Shown: piece by piece, positions 11,004 through 20,717 of the stretch | How positions within the stretch are numbered: the first letter of the stretch is position 1 | Layout of the letters: the number at the start of each line of letters is the position of its first letter | DNA from: a virus | Virus record (IMG/VR): IMGVR_UViG_3300025009_000019 | Direction: 5' to 3' (one strand) | Length of the DNA: 53,374 nt | Position numbers and translations under genes: made by a program | The notes under the pieces: generated by a model | Told to the model about the DNA's origin: nothing | Database searches by the model: none | The model's input: the letters and a program-made list of their open reading frames with translations, nothing else

Positions 11004-11425
11004 TATTTCTTAAAACTATTAATTAAACAAACGAAAGAGTAAATACTCTCTTTATAAATATCGATATATCTATTACTCATTTTTTGCACATCTGAATAAA
11101 TATCTTTAAACGTATAATTTGCAAATGTAGATTGAATTTCTTGAATTTTAGCATCGGACAACATCGCAAAGGTCAATTTATCACGCTCGCCATTAGCAAC
11201 TTTTGCATATAATTCTGTTGCTTCTTTCATCAATCTGATATATTCCAATTGCTTTTCGTTTGTACCAAATTCTGTCAAATACTCATCGCATATTTCTAAC
11301 CATAATTCAGCTAAATTTAACGAGTGTTTTTCTTTTGGATTTTTTAATAAATAGGTCAAATCATTCGTTTCGTGAATTTTATACCAGTTAAATATAGGCA
11401 AATTATGTATAGATGTATAGTTCAT
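11003..11425 (-). CDS. Hypothetical protein, paralog of 12424..12864 (tail-assembly-chaperone position)
   Basis: The N-terminus MNYTSIHNLPIFNWYKIHETNDLTYLLKNP aligns with MNYYHRISTLPMLRFHLINKTGDLTLLLKSP. Confidence 0.5.
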   Translation of the reverse strand: MNYTSIHNLPIFNWYKIHETNDLTYLLKNPKEKHSLNLAELWLEICDEYLTEFGTNEKQLEYIRLMKEATELYAKVANGERDKLTFAMLSDAKIQEIQSTFANYTFKDIYSDVQKMSNRYIDIYKESIYSFVCLINSFKK

Positions 11426-11874
11426 ATTAATTTCATTATTTCAGCTTGAATTAACGGCAATAGATATTCTTGCAATTTCACGGTGTTTTCATCGGTTAAA
11501 CCTACAATATCAATTCCGAAGTCTTCGTATAGATTTGACTTTTTGCCTGTTTTTGTATCGAATTTATCAGGGTTTGCAACTATTTCAATATCTTCTTTAT
11601 ATACTTTTACTTCAAAACTTTCGTAAAATTCGCCTGTTTCAAATAAAGTGATTCTATCATATGGCAAACCACTATCAATTTTACGGTCAATGGTAAATGG
11701 AGCATAGTCTCCTAGTGATTTACCTTTACTGTCGATACCTTTTTCGTAGAGCTGTTCTTTCGTGTTTAGTTCTATTACAAACCAACGGACATCAAATCGA
11801 GAGAATATGTCCTGCATTAAATTGCTAAGGCTTAACTTTATAAATCTGTCGCACATTTCTAATACATCGCTCAT
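11422..11874 (-). CDS. Hypothetical protein (start moved to internal Met, MSDVLEMC...)
   Basis: The ORF track extends to 11919, but that N-terminal extension is hydrophobic junk. Confidence 0.45.
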   Translation of the reverse strand: MSDVLEMCDRFIKLSLSNLMQDIFSRFDVRWFVIELNTKEQLYEKGIDSKGKSLGDYAPFTIDRKIDSGLPYDRITLFETGEFYESFEVKVYKEDIEIVANPDKFDTKTGKKSNLYEDFGIDIVGLTDENTVKLQEYLLPLIQAEIMKLI

Positions 11875-11930
11875 AAATGCAAATATACGACATCGAAAAG
11901 CAAAAAGCAAGATGGACAAAAAAGATGCTG

Positions 11931-12239
11931 TTAACCTCTTTCAAATATCTTTAAAAATAGATGTGTTCCGCCAAAACAAAGCAAAACATTAAGATTTATG
12001 CCGTAAAATAACATAAATAAAATTAACGTAATCCAAAAATTCATACAATAAATACAAAGTCCAAGCGGTTTAAGAAATTGCCGTTTTGTCTTATTTTTAC
12101 GCCACTTTATCCAATAATAAACGAGCCTTAAATAATACCTTCTTAGTATCATATCGCTGTCGAAACAATCGTTTATGAACTTGTTCACTCCTGATACAAG
12201 TAGGCAAAATATAAGCAACTCTACAGCCTCGTTTGCCAC
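11931..12239 (-). CDS. Small multi-pass membrane protein
   Basis: 102 aa with several hydrophobic segments (LLIFCLLVSG, FWITLILFMLFYGINLNVLLCFGG). Confidence 0.45.
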   Translation of the reverse strand: MANEAVELLIFCLLVSGVNKFINDCFDSDMILRRYYLRLVYYWIKWRKNKTKRQFLKPLGLCIYCMNFWITLILFMLFYGINLNVLLCFGGTHLFLKIFERG

Positions 12240-12244
12240 GACAA

Positions 12245-12427
12245 TTATTTTTTACTTTTTGCGACATTTGCTATTTTTAATCGGTCTTTTATTGATATTT
12301 GTTTTTTCAAAACAGCATCGGCATGTTGTTTTTGAAAGAAAAATGTCATTCCAATTTTGAAGGCAAATTTAGTTGCTTCCCAAATTAATGCAAACAATGA
12401 TATTGTAATTACAGTTTCTAAGTTCAT
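12245..12427 (-). CDS. Small membrane protein
   Basis: 60 aa with an N-terminal TM segment (TVITISLFALIWEATKFAF). Confidence 0.4.
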   Translation of the reverse strand: MNLETVITISLFALIWEATKFAFKIGMTFFFQKQHADAVLKKQISIKDRLKIANVAKSKK

Positions 12428-12864
12428 ATATTTTTATTCATTTTATTTATTGCCTTAAACCAAGTTACGACAGTTTCCTCCATCGGGTCAAATTTACGAC
12501 CATGATGTTTTTCTAAAGCGGTTTGCATAGTCGCAATGTCGCCACCTTCCAACATATTTATAAGGTCGTCAGCTTCTTTTTTTATTACCTCTGCGAATGT
12601 TTTCAAATATTTTTTATCATCATTCATAGCCTCAACGGCTAAATTAGCATATTTCTTTTTTAGAAATTTCCAATATAATAAATTTTCATGTAGCTTGAAA
12701 TAGTCTAAAAATTCTGTATAAATACGATTCCAAACAACCTCGAATTCTATGTCTTTTGGTAATAATAAATCGGGGCTTTTTAGTAAAAGAGTAAGGTCTC
12801 CTGTTTTATTTATCAAGTGAAAACGCAACATCGGAAGCGTAGAAATTCGATGATAATAATTCAT
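12424..12864 (-). CDS. Hypothetical protein, paralog of 11003..11425
   Basis: See 11003..11425. Confidence 0.5.
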   Translation of the reverse strand: MNYYHRISTLPMLRFHLINKTGDLTLLLKSPDLLLPKDIEFEVVWNRIYTEFLDYFKLHENLLYWKFLKKKYANLAVEAMNDDKKYLKTFAEVIKKEADDLINMLEGGDIATMQTALEKHHGRKFDPMEETVVTWFKAINKMNKNI

Positions 12865-12919
12865 TTTTTAACATTTGGTTTTCCAAAAGTAGTGAATTAT
12901 TTAATTTTATCAAATTTAT

Positions 12920-13171
12920 TTATGTCAAATTATTTTTTAATTTTTGATTATGTTCTTCCGCTAATTTAATAACAGCATCTAATTCACTCATTGCTTTTTG
13001 TAATTCTTCATCTTGGAAAATAAAAAATTTTGTTAATTTTACAATTAAATCTAATCCTTTTTTAGCAGAAATTTTATCACTTTTAGAACCAGAATTAATA
13101 GTCGCTAAACCTGTTTGGCATATTCCTAAAATTAACTCACTTTCTTCTCGAGTAAATTTAACATGTTCCAT
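12920..13171 (-). CDS. Small hypothetical protein
   Basis: 83-aa ORF. Confidence 0.45.
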   Translation of the reverse strand: MEHVKFTREESELILGICQTGLATINSGSKSDKISAKKGLDLIVKLTKFFIFQDEELQKAMSELDAVIKLAEEHNQKLKNNLT

Positions 13172-13175
13172 AGTA

Positions 13176-13439
13176 TTATTTTAATGTTGGTTCGTAATTC
13201 TCAATTCTTGCAATATATTTTTTTGCTAGTAAATTAAACATATTATATTGATTTTTTAAATGTTCTAAATATTGTTTATTCGCCTCTTTTTTGAAATAAT
13301 CTAAGCTAATATTTTTATCTGCGATAATATTAATTTTGCAATCATATAAATTAAACTCAAATAAATCTAATCCGTTGTAATTTAATAACATTTTTGCTTC
13401 AATATTATTTTTTCTTAAATATTCAATTATTTCTTTCAT
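13176..13439 (-). CDS. Small hypothetical protein
   Basis: 87-aa ORF. Confidence 0.45.
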   Translation of the reverse strand: MKEIIEYLRKNNIEAKMLLNYNGLDLFEFNLYDCKINIIADKNISLDYFKKEANKQYLEHLKNQYNMFNLLAKKYIARIENYEPTLK

Positions 13440-13627
13440 AATTTAAAGTTTTCTATCTTTCAATCTAATTATGGCTTACGTTTTAATTGTTCTACAAACT
13501 TAATAATATTTATTTAATGATGTACATTCGTTCGTCAAAGATATTAGTATATTCATCAAAATAAAAAGCCGAATAAAACTAATTACTCGGTTTTTTTTAC
13601 TAACCAAAAATTAAAACTATGGAAAAC

Positions 13628-13777
13628 CTACTTTTTTTTAATTTTTCCTCCTAACTCAATATAAGCCTTTTTGATAGGATATTCTTTCAATAAGTCCTTA
13701 TAAGTCTCGGTAAACTGCTTTAAAGTCATTTTACGAACCTCAATAGGATTGAACCAAGTATTTCCTAACTTTATCAT
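13628..13777 (-). CDS. Possible 49-aa ORF (MIKLGNTWFNPIEVRKMTLKQF...)
   Basis: Hand translation. Its ATG lies 1 nt after the stop of 13779..14720. It is below the ORF-track size cutoff. Confidence 0.3.
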   Translation of the reverse strand: MIKLGNTWFNPIEVRKMTLKQFTETYKDLLKEYPIKKAYIELGGKIKKK

Positions 13778-13778
13778 A

Positions 13779-14720
13779 CTAAGCTAATGTTGCTGAAATT
13801 GTTGTATGTTCGTAGCCTGTTTTTATTAAATCAACTTTAATCACATCGGCTGCTGTTTGTGCTGAAAATACAAACGTATAAACACCATCTGACACCTCTG
13901 TAACTGACGTTATTGCAACATCGGCTGCGGTTGTTACGTTTCTTACTTTCTCGGCAACCGCTGTTGAGTATGACTTAAAGTCAGTTACTAATAATCCTGT
14001 AACTGGTATTTTTGTTTTAGCAGTTCCATAATCTAATTTTAAAGCTACGGTAAAGCCTGTCGTTGATTCGCCTGAAACTACTGCATTAACGTCTAATAAA
14101 GAATCAATTGCTAAAGCTGAAAATCCTAATTCTGTAACTGTCAAATTAGCTAAATTAGCTTCATTTACCAATCTTGAAAATTCTAAATTAAGAATGATTT
14201 TTTGTAAGGTTTTATCTTTTGCTCGTTCCAACATTGCATAAAATGCACCTGTATTTATTTTTATCGGTTCTAAATAAAGACCATCGCTTGAAACTTCGCC
14301 CTCAATACCATTTTCAGTATTAATGATATAAATTCCAACATCTGAATTGCAACGGATAGAATTTAATTTGCCAAGCATTACAGCCGATTGCTTCATAATC
14401 GAAGCCTTAAGCGTTCGTAATCCGTTTGAAACGAAGTATTTCTCATCGCTTTCCATTGTCTCATAATTCGGGTCTGCCATTGGCATATCGACATTATCAA
14501 GAACTTGCGAAGGATACCATCTTTTTGAGCGGTCTGCATTATTAACCAAAGCAACATATTCAGCAGAACCAAACGTAGAAGCTAATGTTATTCTGTTTTG
14601 CGTTCCATCGTCCGCATAAATCGATACGAATACTAATTTTCGTGCTACTCCTAGCAACTCTTGACAAACTGGAGCACCTAGATTTAATATTCCAGCTCCA
14701 CACGTACATATTTCTGACAT
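13779..14720 (-). CDS. Abundant structural protein candidate (major tail/tube protein?)
   Basis: 313-aa ORF, the first gene after the terminase, preceded by a consensus promoter. The C-terminal third is Thr/Val-rich and beta-like. Confidence 0.4.
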   Translation of the reverse strand: MSEICTCGAGILNLGAPVCQELLGVARKLVFVSIYADDGTQNRITLASTFGSAEYVALVNNADRSKRWYPSQVLDNVDMPMADPNYETMESDEKYFVSNGLRTLKASIMKQSAVMLGKLNSIRCNSDVGIYIINTENGIEGEVSSDGLYLEPIKINTGAFYAMLERAKDKTLQKIILNLEFSRLVNEANLANLTVTELGFSALAIDSLLDVNAVVSGESTTGFTVALKLDYGTAKTKIPVTGLLVTDFKSYSTAVAEKVRNVTTAADVAITSVTEVSDGVYTFVFSAQTAADVIKVDLIKTGYEHTTISATLA

Positions 14721-14747
14721 AATATTTTTGTTTTAAATTTAACTTTA

Positions 14748-14779
14748 CAAAAATAAAATATTAAATGTGTAATTGCAAA
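14748..14779 (-). promoter_or_regulatory. Bacteroidetes-type promoter (TTTG-N20-TATTTTTG)
   Basis: In the minus sense, TTTG is at 14779-14776 and TATTTTTG at 14755-14748, about 30 nt upstream of the ATG at 14720. Confidence 0.45.
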
Positions 14780-14858
14780 TTTCGTGATTTATCCAAATTT
14801 TAGAAACGAAAAAAATAGCAACAAAATTAATTATTGTTCTGATGGGGGTTAATGTAAA

Positions 14859-16019
14859 TTAGCGTTGAAATTTAGAAAGGCTATAACGTATCGAGTCATT
14901 CAGATGGTCTTGACCACCAATTGGAACGTTTAAAATTGTTCCGTCTTTCTCTTTTTGCCACTTATAATTCTGAATTTCTGTGATAAGATTTGGCGAATTA
15001 TTATTTAAAAACATTCGATAATTTTTGATTTTTGATATTCCATAATTGATGCTTCCAGCTCCTTTTATCGCAGGAATAATATTTAATCCTAAAATTCTTA
15101 ATTCAGTAATTGACTTAGGTTCGGCACTATCAGCAACGATATAGCAATTTTTATCTAAATGTTTTAATCGTTCGTAAATATCAGGATTTGTTAAACCTTT
15201 TTCATAAAGAATTTCAGTAATGTACAAATTATGACCATCTATAATAACCTCACATACAGCGGTTTCGTCATTTGAGTACCCAAAATCTAACCCATAGATT
15301 TTAAAATCATAAGCCGATGGAACATTATCAAAAAACTCATATTCTTTGAAAATTGTTTCTTCACTTGCCGAACGTAAACCAAGTCCATAAACATTCCACA
15401 TAAACTTATCGGCTGTTCCTTGTAAAATATTAAAATCGGTTGGTTCGTATGATTTTAGTTTTTGCTTTTCAATTGCTGAAATATACGGATTATCAATTAA
15501 TGTCGAATGACAATATGCAACATTTGAGCGTTTTAAAATCCTATCATAAACCCAATGCTTTTCGGCTTTTGGATTATAATCTCCCCACCAAAAGACCCTA
15601 CATCTTTGTTCAGCCAAATCAAACATCATTTTTTGAATATCTAACATTTCGTTGAAATACCAAAAATCAGCTCCAGCACCTTCAAATTTTGATGGTTTAT
15701 CTGCTCCAATGAAATTAATTTGATTATCGAAAAGTTTGAAAGAGGCTACTTCTTTGCTATCTTCAAAAGGACTTGAAAATCCAAAATCTTTTAATCGTTT
15801 GTGAAAATCTAAATAAAGGGTAGTTTTAAATGAGTTATAAGTATCTCTAACAATATTTATAATTTTATTATTTTCGGTACAACCCAAATAAATAATAAAA
15901 TCAACGGAACTTATCGTTTTCCCGCTACGAGAACTTCCTTCTAAAATAGCTCCGATAAAATGCTTATTTTCATAAGTTTCGCGTAGAAACTTTAGATTTT
16001 TATTCGTCCTGCATTTCAT
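14859..16019 (-). CDS. Terminase large subunit
   Basis: Walker A motif GSSRSGKT near the N-terminus; C-terminal nuclease-like DFGYSNDETA and ADSAEPKSI motifs. Confidence 0.7.
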   Translation of the reverse strand: MKCRTNKNLKFLRETYENKHFIGAILEGSSRSGKTISSVDFIIYLGCTENNKIINIVRDTYNSFKTTLYLDFHKRLKDFGFSSPFEDSKEVASFKLFDNQINFIGADKPSKFEGAGADFWYFNEMLDIQKMMFDLAEQRCRVFWWGDYNPKAEKHWVYDRILKRSNVAYCHSTLIDNPYISAIEKQKLKSYEPTDFNILQGTADKFMWNVYGLGLRSASEETIFKEYEFFDNVPSAYDFKIYGLDFGYSNDETAVCEVIIDGHNLYITEILYEKGLTNPDIYERLKHLDKNCYIVADSAEPKSITELRILGLNIIPAIKGAGSINYGISKIKNYRMFLNNNSPNLITEIQNYKWQKEKDGTILNVPIGGQDHLNDSIRYSLSKFQR

Positions 16020-16458
16020 CTATTGTTGGGAATAAATCTGCTTTTGATTTCTTAATGTCGTTTAAAGTTATATCTGTTTTCGTTTTTTCAGTCATTCCAT
16101 AATCAGCACTTAAAACAAATTTAACAATTGATGCATTCAGTTTGTCGAAAGCACCAAATTTTTTTAGTTTTGTTTTCTCAATTAATTGAGCTTTTTTGTG
16201 TAATTCTAAAAACGACGAATATTTATCCGATAAATAACTTAAAATATCAGCGTATAATTTACCCGTATAATCTTCTTCTTTAGCAACTAAATGAATAAAT
16301 TCGTCAAAGAAAATATTTTCGTCAGCTTCCATTAGCCAAGCGATTAAATTGTTTCCTAATCTTAAAGCATCTGTTTCAGTCCACTTTTCAGCTACTTTAT
16401 TATCGGCTGTAAACTTTACGCCATCTTTTCCATTAATATTTTTATATCCACCGGGCAT
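16000..16458 (-). CDS. Terminase small subunit candidate
   Basis: 152-aa ORF overlapping the TerL start by 20 nt. Confidence 0.45.
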   Translation of the reverse strand: MPGGYKNINGKDGVKFTADNKVAEKWTETDALRLGNNLIAWLMEADENIFFDEFIHLVAKEEDYTGKLYADILSYLSDKYSSFLELHKKAQLIEKTKLKKFGAFDKLNASIVKFVLSADYGMTEKTKTDITLNDIKKSKADLFPTIDEMQDE

Positions 16459-16459
16459 T

Positions 16460-17137
16460 TTAGAAATTTTTATAAATCTCGTGTTTTTTTCTTAATTTTT
16501 GACCAAAATAAAAAGTTTCACATAAATCTTTATCGAAATCAAACATTTCGTCTGAATGGAAAATATTATATTGTTCAACTTGAGCGTTCATACTAAAATT
16601 TCCACTACCATCAATTACAAATTTTTTATTTCCGCATTGCAATAAATGAACTTTTGAATGTACCCAATAAAACGCTAAATTACAATTTTCTTTGTTTTGA
16701 AACAAATCTTTTAATAATTTATAAATTTTAGGTATTCTAAAAATTGCAGTTTCAGTCATAATTATTTGCAATTTTAGTATTTTTTTTGTTTCCAAAAGTT
16801 CTAATAAAGTATAAATTGTTTTTTCATCAATTGTATAAGTTTGAATTGAAAGAAAATCTAAAACGCCGTATTTTTCGATAAATTGTAAAAATATTGAAAA
16901 AGCATTTAGTTGTGATTGTGTGCGAATTGATAAAACGCTGTTTTTTTTAGGAATTTCAAAACTTCCTTTTGATTTTAAAATTGATTGAAAAAATTGTAAA
17001 TTTTCTTGAGCAATAAATTTCACTTCGTCCAAATCTTGAGTAATATTCTCTTTTTTGAAAGTGTTTAAATCCTGCTCTTTTTTAGTTGAAAAACGAGTAT
17101 TTTTATAGTGGCTATCTTTTATTTTACAATCTAACAT
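16460..17137 (-). CDS. Phospholipase-D-superfamily (Nuc-like) protein with a variant HxK motif
   Basis: Contains HSKVHLLQ...DGSGNFS, which resembles HxK(x)4D...GSxN with Q in place of D. Confidence 0.4.
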   Translation of the reverse strand: MLDCKIKDSHYKNTRFSTKKEQDLNTFKKENITQDLDEVKFIAQENLQFFQSILKSKGSFEIPKKNSVLSIRTQSQLNAFSIFLQFIEKYGVLDFLSIQTYTIDEKTIYTLLELLETKKILKLQIIMTETAIFRIPKIYKLLKDLFQNKENCNLAFYWVHSKVHLLQCGNKKFVIDGSGNFSMNAQVEQYNIFHSDEMFDFDKDLCETFYFGQKLRKKHEIYKNF

Positions 17138-17227
17138 TTCAGCAAAGATATTTTAACTAATTCTGTTTTCATAAAGCAAATATACGAATCTACAATAGTA
17201 GAAATTTACACAAATATACGATAAATT

Positions 17228-17410
17228 TTAAATAAAGTTCAGAACTTGTTGATTTTCTGTTATCGGTTCAACATTAGACATTAAGCAAACGCAAGTGTCT
17301 ATTTTTATTCGTTTAGTAAATTGTCTAGGCTCGCAATAAAACACTCCAACGCTTCCATAAGACTTTTTTAACGTCAAAATATTGCCTGATTTTTTATGTA
17401 TGTATTTCAT
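17228..17410 (-). CDS. Small hypothetical protein
   Basis: 60-aa ORF. Confidence 0.4.
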   Translation of the reverse strand: MKYIHKKSGNILTLKKSYGSVGVFYCEPRQFTKRIKIDTCVCLMSNVEPITENQQVLNFI

Positions 17411-17421
17411 TATTTAGATTG

Positions 17422-17455
17422 ATTAAAAACAAGTGCGAAATTGCTCCGCACTTGT
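17422..17455 (-). terminator. Rho-independent terminator candidate
   Basis: Perfect 9-bp stem ACAAGTGCG/CGCACTTGT (17429-37 / 17447-55), followed in the minus sense by UUUUUAAU. Confidence 0.5.
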
Positions 17456-17483
17456 AAAATCCGAAAACATCACTAAACGGATT

Positions 17484-18623
17484 TTATAATGTTTCTGTCC
17501 ATTTTTTAATTATTTCGTCTGACTTTCTTAAATAGTTTTTTTCTTTTAATTGTTCAGGGGTATAATTCACATTTTCGCCAAATGTCCATTTTTTACTCGT
17601 AATATTTCCTTCCCAATCACATAATAGTATTCTTTTAACTTGATATTTAAAACAATCATCGTCGTTAATATGTTGTAATCTTGTCCACATCCATTTAAAC
17701 ACCTTAGATAATTCAGGGTTAATACTTTCTAATAAAAAATCTCTATATTCTTTCCAATTTTTAAAATTTTGTGGTAGTTTTTTAATAGAATAAATTAAAT
17801 TTTCTTTACCATAAATAGCAGCCGTGTGAACTCCATGTAATCGTTCTTCTAATTTATCGTATGTTTCAGGTTCTAATTCTTGTAAATCAGTTAAACATCT
17901 AAAAGCCTTTTCGTGTATTAAATTAGAAACTCTAAAATATCTTAAATTTCCACCAATCATATACATTTTGTCGTATATTTTATTATACTTAAAATTATTA
18001 TCAATTATATATTTCCAAACATCTGTATATCTCCAGTCAATTAATGGATAAGCTCTATGTGGCTCATTTTTTCGTCTTAACCAAAATAAATTACTATCCT
18101 CACCAAACATTACAAAATTTCTATCTGGGCTTTCTTCTGCTCTTAATCCAATTATTGAAACACTTTTACCTTCTAATTTACGAAGATTTTGACCTACCCA
18201 CAAATTAAATTTATGAAATCTTTTAGGATATTTATTTTCTATTTTGTGAATTGCAATAGGGTGTTTTTCTCTAACCCATTTTTCTTCTTCACCCCAAGCC
18301 CATAAAAATAACTGTTGATGACTTGCTGCGTTTGTCATAAAAATAGCAACTTGATACCATAATGGAATTACATTTGGTTGCGTCATTGCCCATTCCATAA
18401 AATCAATTGTGCCTTGATATTCGGCTTCTTGGTCTTGAAAATAAAGAATAAACTTTCTATTTCTTTTTTTCGCCTCTTCGTTTACTAAATGAAATAATGC
18501 TGTACTATCTTTACCACCTGAAAATGATAAAGAAATATTATCATAATTATCGAATAAAAACGATATTCTTTTTAGAGTTGATTCTAATACATTTTCAATA
18601 CCTCTTATTGATGTTCTTCCCAT
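17484..18623 (-). CDS. PAPS-reductase-family protein, IbrA-like
   Basis: PP-loop motif SFSGGKDST near the N-terminus and a long C-terminal extension. Adjacent to a ParB-like gene. Confidence 0.6.
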   Translation of the reverse strand: MGRTSIRGIENVLESTLKRISFLFDNYDNISLSFSGGKDSTALFHLVNEEAKKRNRKFILYFQDQEAEYQGTIDFMEWAMTQPNVIPLWYQVAIFMTNAASHQQLFLWAWGEEEKWVREKHPIAIHKIENKYPKRFHKFNLWVGQNLRKLEGKSVSIIGLRAEESPDRNFVMFGEDSNLFWLRRKNEPHRAYPLIDWRYTDVWKYIIDNNFKYNKIYDKMYMIGGNLRYFRVSNLIHEKAFRCLTDLQELEPETYDKLEERLHGVHTAAIYGKENLIYSIKKLPQNFKNWKEYRDFLLESINPELSKVFKWMWTRLQHINDDDCFKYQVKRILLCDWEGNITSKKWTFGENVNYTPEQLKEKNYLRKSDEIIKKWTETL

Positions 18624-18991
18624 TTTTTAATATATTGAATTGTTTTACAACATTTATATTCTTTTATTATTTTAGCTCCGTTTTTTAAGTGGTATCCAAT
18701 AGATTTATCTGTAACATTACCTTCTATTATATTAATTCCTAATGACTTAATATAATTAAATCTTTCAACATTTAATTTAGAATATATTCCTTTATTTCTA
18801 TAATCTTTTAAAACAAAACCATTTTTTAAAATAGCTTTATTTTTTAATGTCATTAAACCGCAAAAACCAACAATATTTTTATTAATAAAATATCCAAAAT
18901 ATATATTAGTCGAATTATTAAATATTAATCCAGCTTTTTTTGCTTTTGCTATAATTGGTTCTATTTCCTTATTATTTATTATTTTAATCAT
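18605..18991 (-). CDS. GNAT-family acetyltransferase
   Basis: 128 aa with the acetyl-CoA-pocket-like motif VLKDYRNKGIYSKL. Confidence 0.5.
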   Translation of the reverse strand: MIKIINNKEIEPIIAKAKKAGLIFNNSTNIYFGYFINKNIVGFCGLMTLKNKAILKNGFVLKDYRNKGIYSKLNVERFNYIKSLGINIIEGNVTDKSIGYHLKNGAKIIKEYKCCKTIQYIKKWEEHQ

Positions 18992-19536
18992 ATTTCATCA
19001 TATTTTATATCACTTTCAACTTCAACAATTTGTCGTTCAATTGAGTATGGAACTCCTTTAATTTCTGAAGCAATACCACGTAATCCTATTAATCTTTGAA
19101 CTTCTTCAAGTGTCATTCCAAGTTCTTTCATAATTTTTAATTCATCCCAACCATCTTTTAACATTACGACTAAAGATGCTTGCAATTCTACTTCATGTTT
19201 TCCTCTTGCTCTATTATGGCGAATTGTTGAAGCCATTCTATCGCTTAAATCTTTTAATATTACTGAAACTGGCATACATCCGTTTTCTCTATCGAAAATA
19301 TCTTTATGTTTTATCATAATTAAGTGTCTATGATAACCATCAACAAGAATATATTTATCTCTTTCTTTATCATAAAAACAGACAATCGGCATAGTATAAC
19401 CATCACATTTAATACTTTGGTATAATAAATCCATTTCTCTTTTGGCTACGTGATTTGGATTGTAATCATTAGCCTCAATTTTTTCTAATGGTACAGCAAT
19501 TACATTGTATACCGGACTTCTAAAAATTTCTTTCAT
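18988..19536 (-). CDS. ParB/sulfiredoxin-like nuclease-domain protein, IbrB-like
   Basis: Motifs VDGYHRH and TIRHNRARGKH. Translationally coupled to the neighbouring genes. Confidence 0.55.
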   Translation of the reverse strand: MKEIFRSPVYNVIAVPLEKIEANDYNPNHVAKREMDLLYQSIKCDGYTMPIVCFYDKERDKYILVDGYHRHLIMIKHKDIFDRENGCMPVSVILKDLSDRMASTIRHNRARGKHEVELQASLVVMLKDGWDELKIMKELGMTLEEVQRLIGLRGIASEIKGVPYSIERQIVEVESDIKYDEI

Positions 19537-20717
19537 AATATTTCTTTTAATTGTTGCGATGTTTTACTTTTAAAATATTCTAATAATTTTGATTTTCTGT
19601 CGATATTATCATTTATTAATTTTTCTAATCCTATGTTTCCTGTTAAATCATAAAAAATACAATCTTGCTTTTGACCTGTGCGAAAAATACGCCTTTCTAC
19701 TTGCTCACGTTGAGCATAATCCCACGTTTTATCCCAAAAAATAATAACATTATTATCTTGTAAATTTAATCCAAAACTATGCTTTTGCAAACTCATAATC
19801 TTAATATCTTTGTAATATTTTTTTAATGTATTTTGCGTATCAATATATTTTGCATAAATAAGTATTTTTGACTTATCTAATGTTTCAATTAATTTATCAA
19901 CAATAGTAAATTTATCAGGACTTAATGAATAATTATGTTGCATTTTTTGAGTGATTTCTAAAAATATATTATTATTTTTTGCCATTAAAACTTCATTATC
20001 TAAATACTTATTTTTTAGATTATTGTGTTCTTGAATTTCTTCATCTGATAAATTATAATTAATATTTATGTGTTGCTGTCCAATACTTAAAGATAACTTG
20101 CTTTCAAAAATAAACGGTTCAATTAACGAATATAAATAATCAATATTGTGATATTGTTTGATAAATTCTTTAATTATTTTTCCACCTTGTTTAATTTGAA
20201 TATACTCGCAAAAAGTGTTTTTAAATTCTGCGAAAGACATATTTAATATTTTCGGACTTAAAAAATAAATCTGCGAATATAAATCAAGTAAATTTTTGCT
20301 TAGTGGAGTTCCGTTTAGAATTAGTCTAAATTTAGATAGTTTAGATATTTCAATCATTCTCTTTGTCCTTTTTGCATCTGAATTTTTAATCTTTAAACTT
20401 TCGTCAATTATAACAAATGAATTTTCTGATTTTTCTAACTTTTTTAATATTTCTAAATAAATTCTATCTGAATTTTGGATGCTTTCTATTCCGATAATTT
20501 CACAATCTAAACCACCCCACTTATTTAATTCTTTTAATAAATTTTCTTTCGTTTGAAAAGGAGTAAACCATATGATTAAATCAGTTTCGGTGTTTTTTAT
20601 TAATTCTAATGATGAAAGTGTTTTTCCGGTTCCAGCATCCATAAATAACGCACCGCATTTTACGCTTTTTAGCTTATCTATTGCCTTAGATTGACTATTT
20701 AAAAAGACTTTCGTCAT
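19533..20717 (-). CDS. SNF2-family helicase-like ATPase
   Basis: Walker A DAGTGKT, IIDESLKIKN, and the SNF2 motif III-like LILNGTPLSKNLLDLYSQIYFLSP. Confidence 0.6.
   Translation of the reverse strand: MTKVFLNSQSKAIDKLKSVKCGALFMDAGTGKTLSSLELIKNTETDLIIWFTPFQTKENLLKELNKWGGLDCEIIGIESIQNSDRIYLEILKKLEKSENSFVIIDESLKIKNSDAKRTKRMIEISKLSKFRLILNGTPLSKNLLDLYSQIYFLSPKILNMSFAEFKNTFCEYIQIKQGGKIIKEFIKQYHNIDYLYSLIEPFIFESKLSLSIGQQHININYNLSDEEIQEHNNLKNKYLDNEVLMAKNNNIFLEITQKMQHNYSLSPDKFTIVDKLIETLDKSKILIYAKYIDTQNTLKKYYKDIKIMSLQKHSFGLNLQDNNVIIFWDKTWDYAQREQVERRIFRTGQKQDCIFYDLTGNIGLEKLINDNIDRKSKLLEYFKSKTSQQLKEIL

Noticed and set aside
13564-13600. Hairpin with T8 run (AGCCGA-N14-TCGGTTTTTTTT) as the terminator of the tail-protein gene
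   Set aside because: The strong U-run is on the plus strand, where nothing is transcribed. In the minus sense the stem is only 4-5 bp with a 14-nt loop. It is too weak to annotate with confidence.
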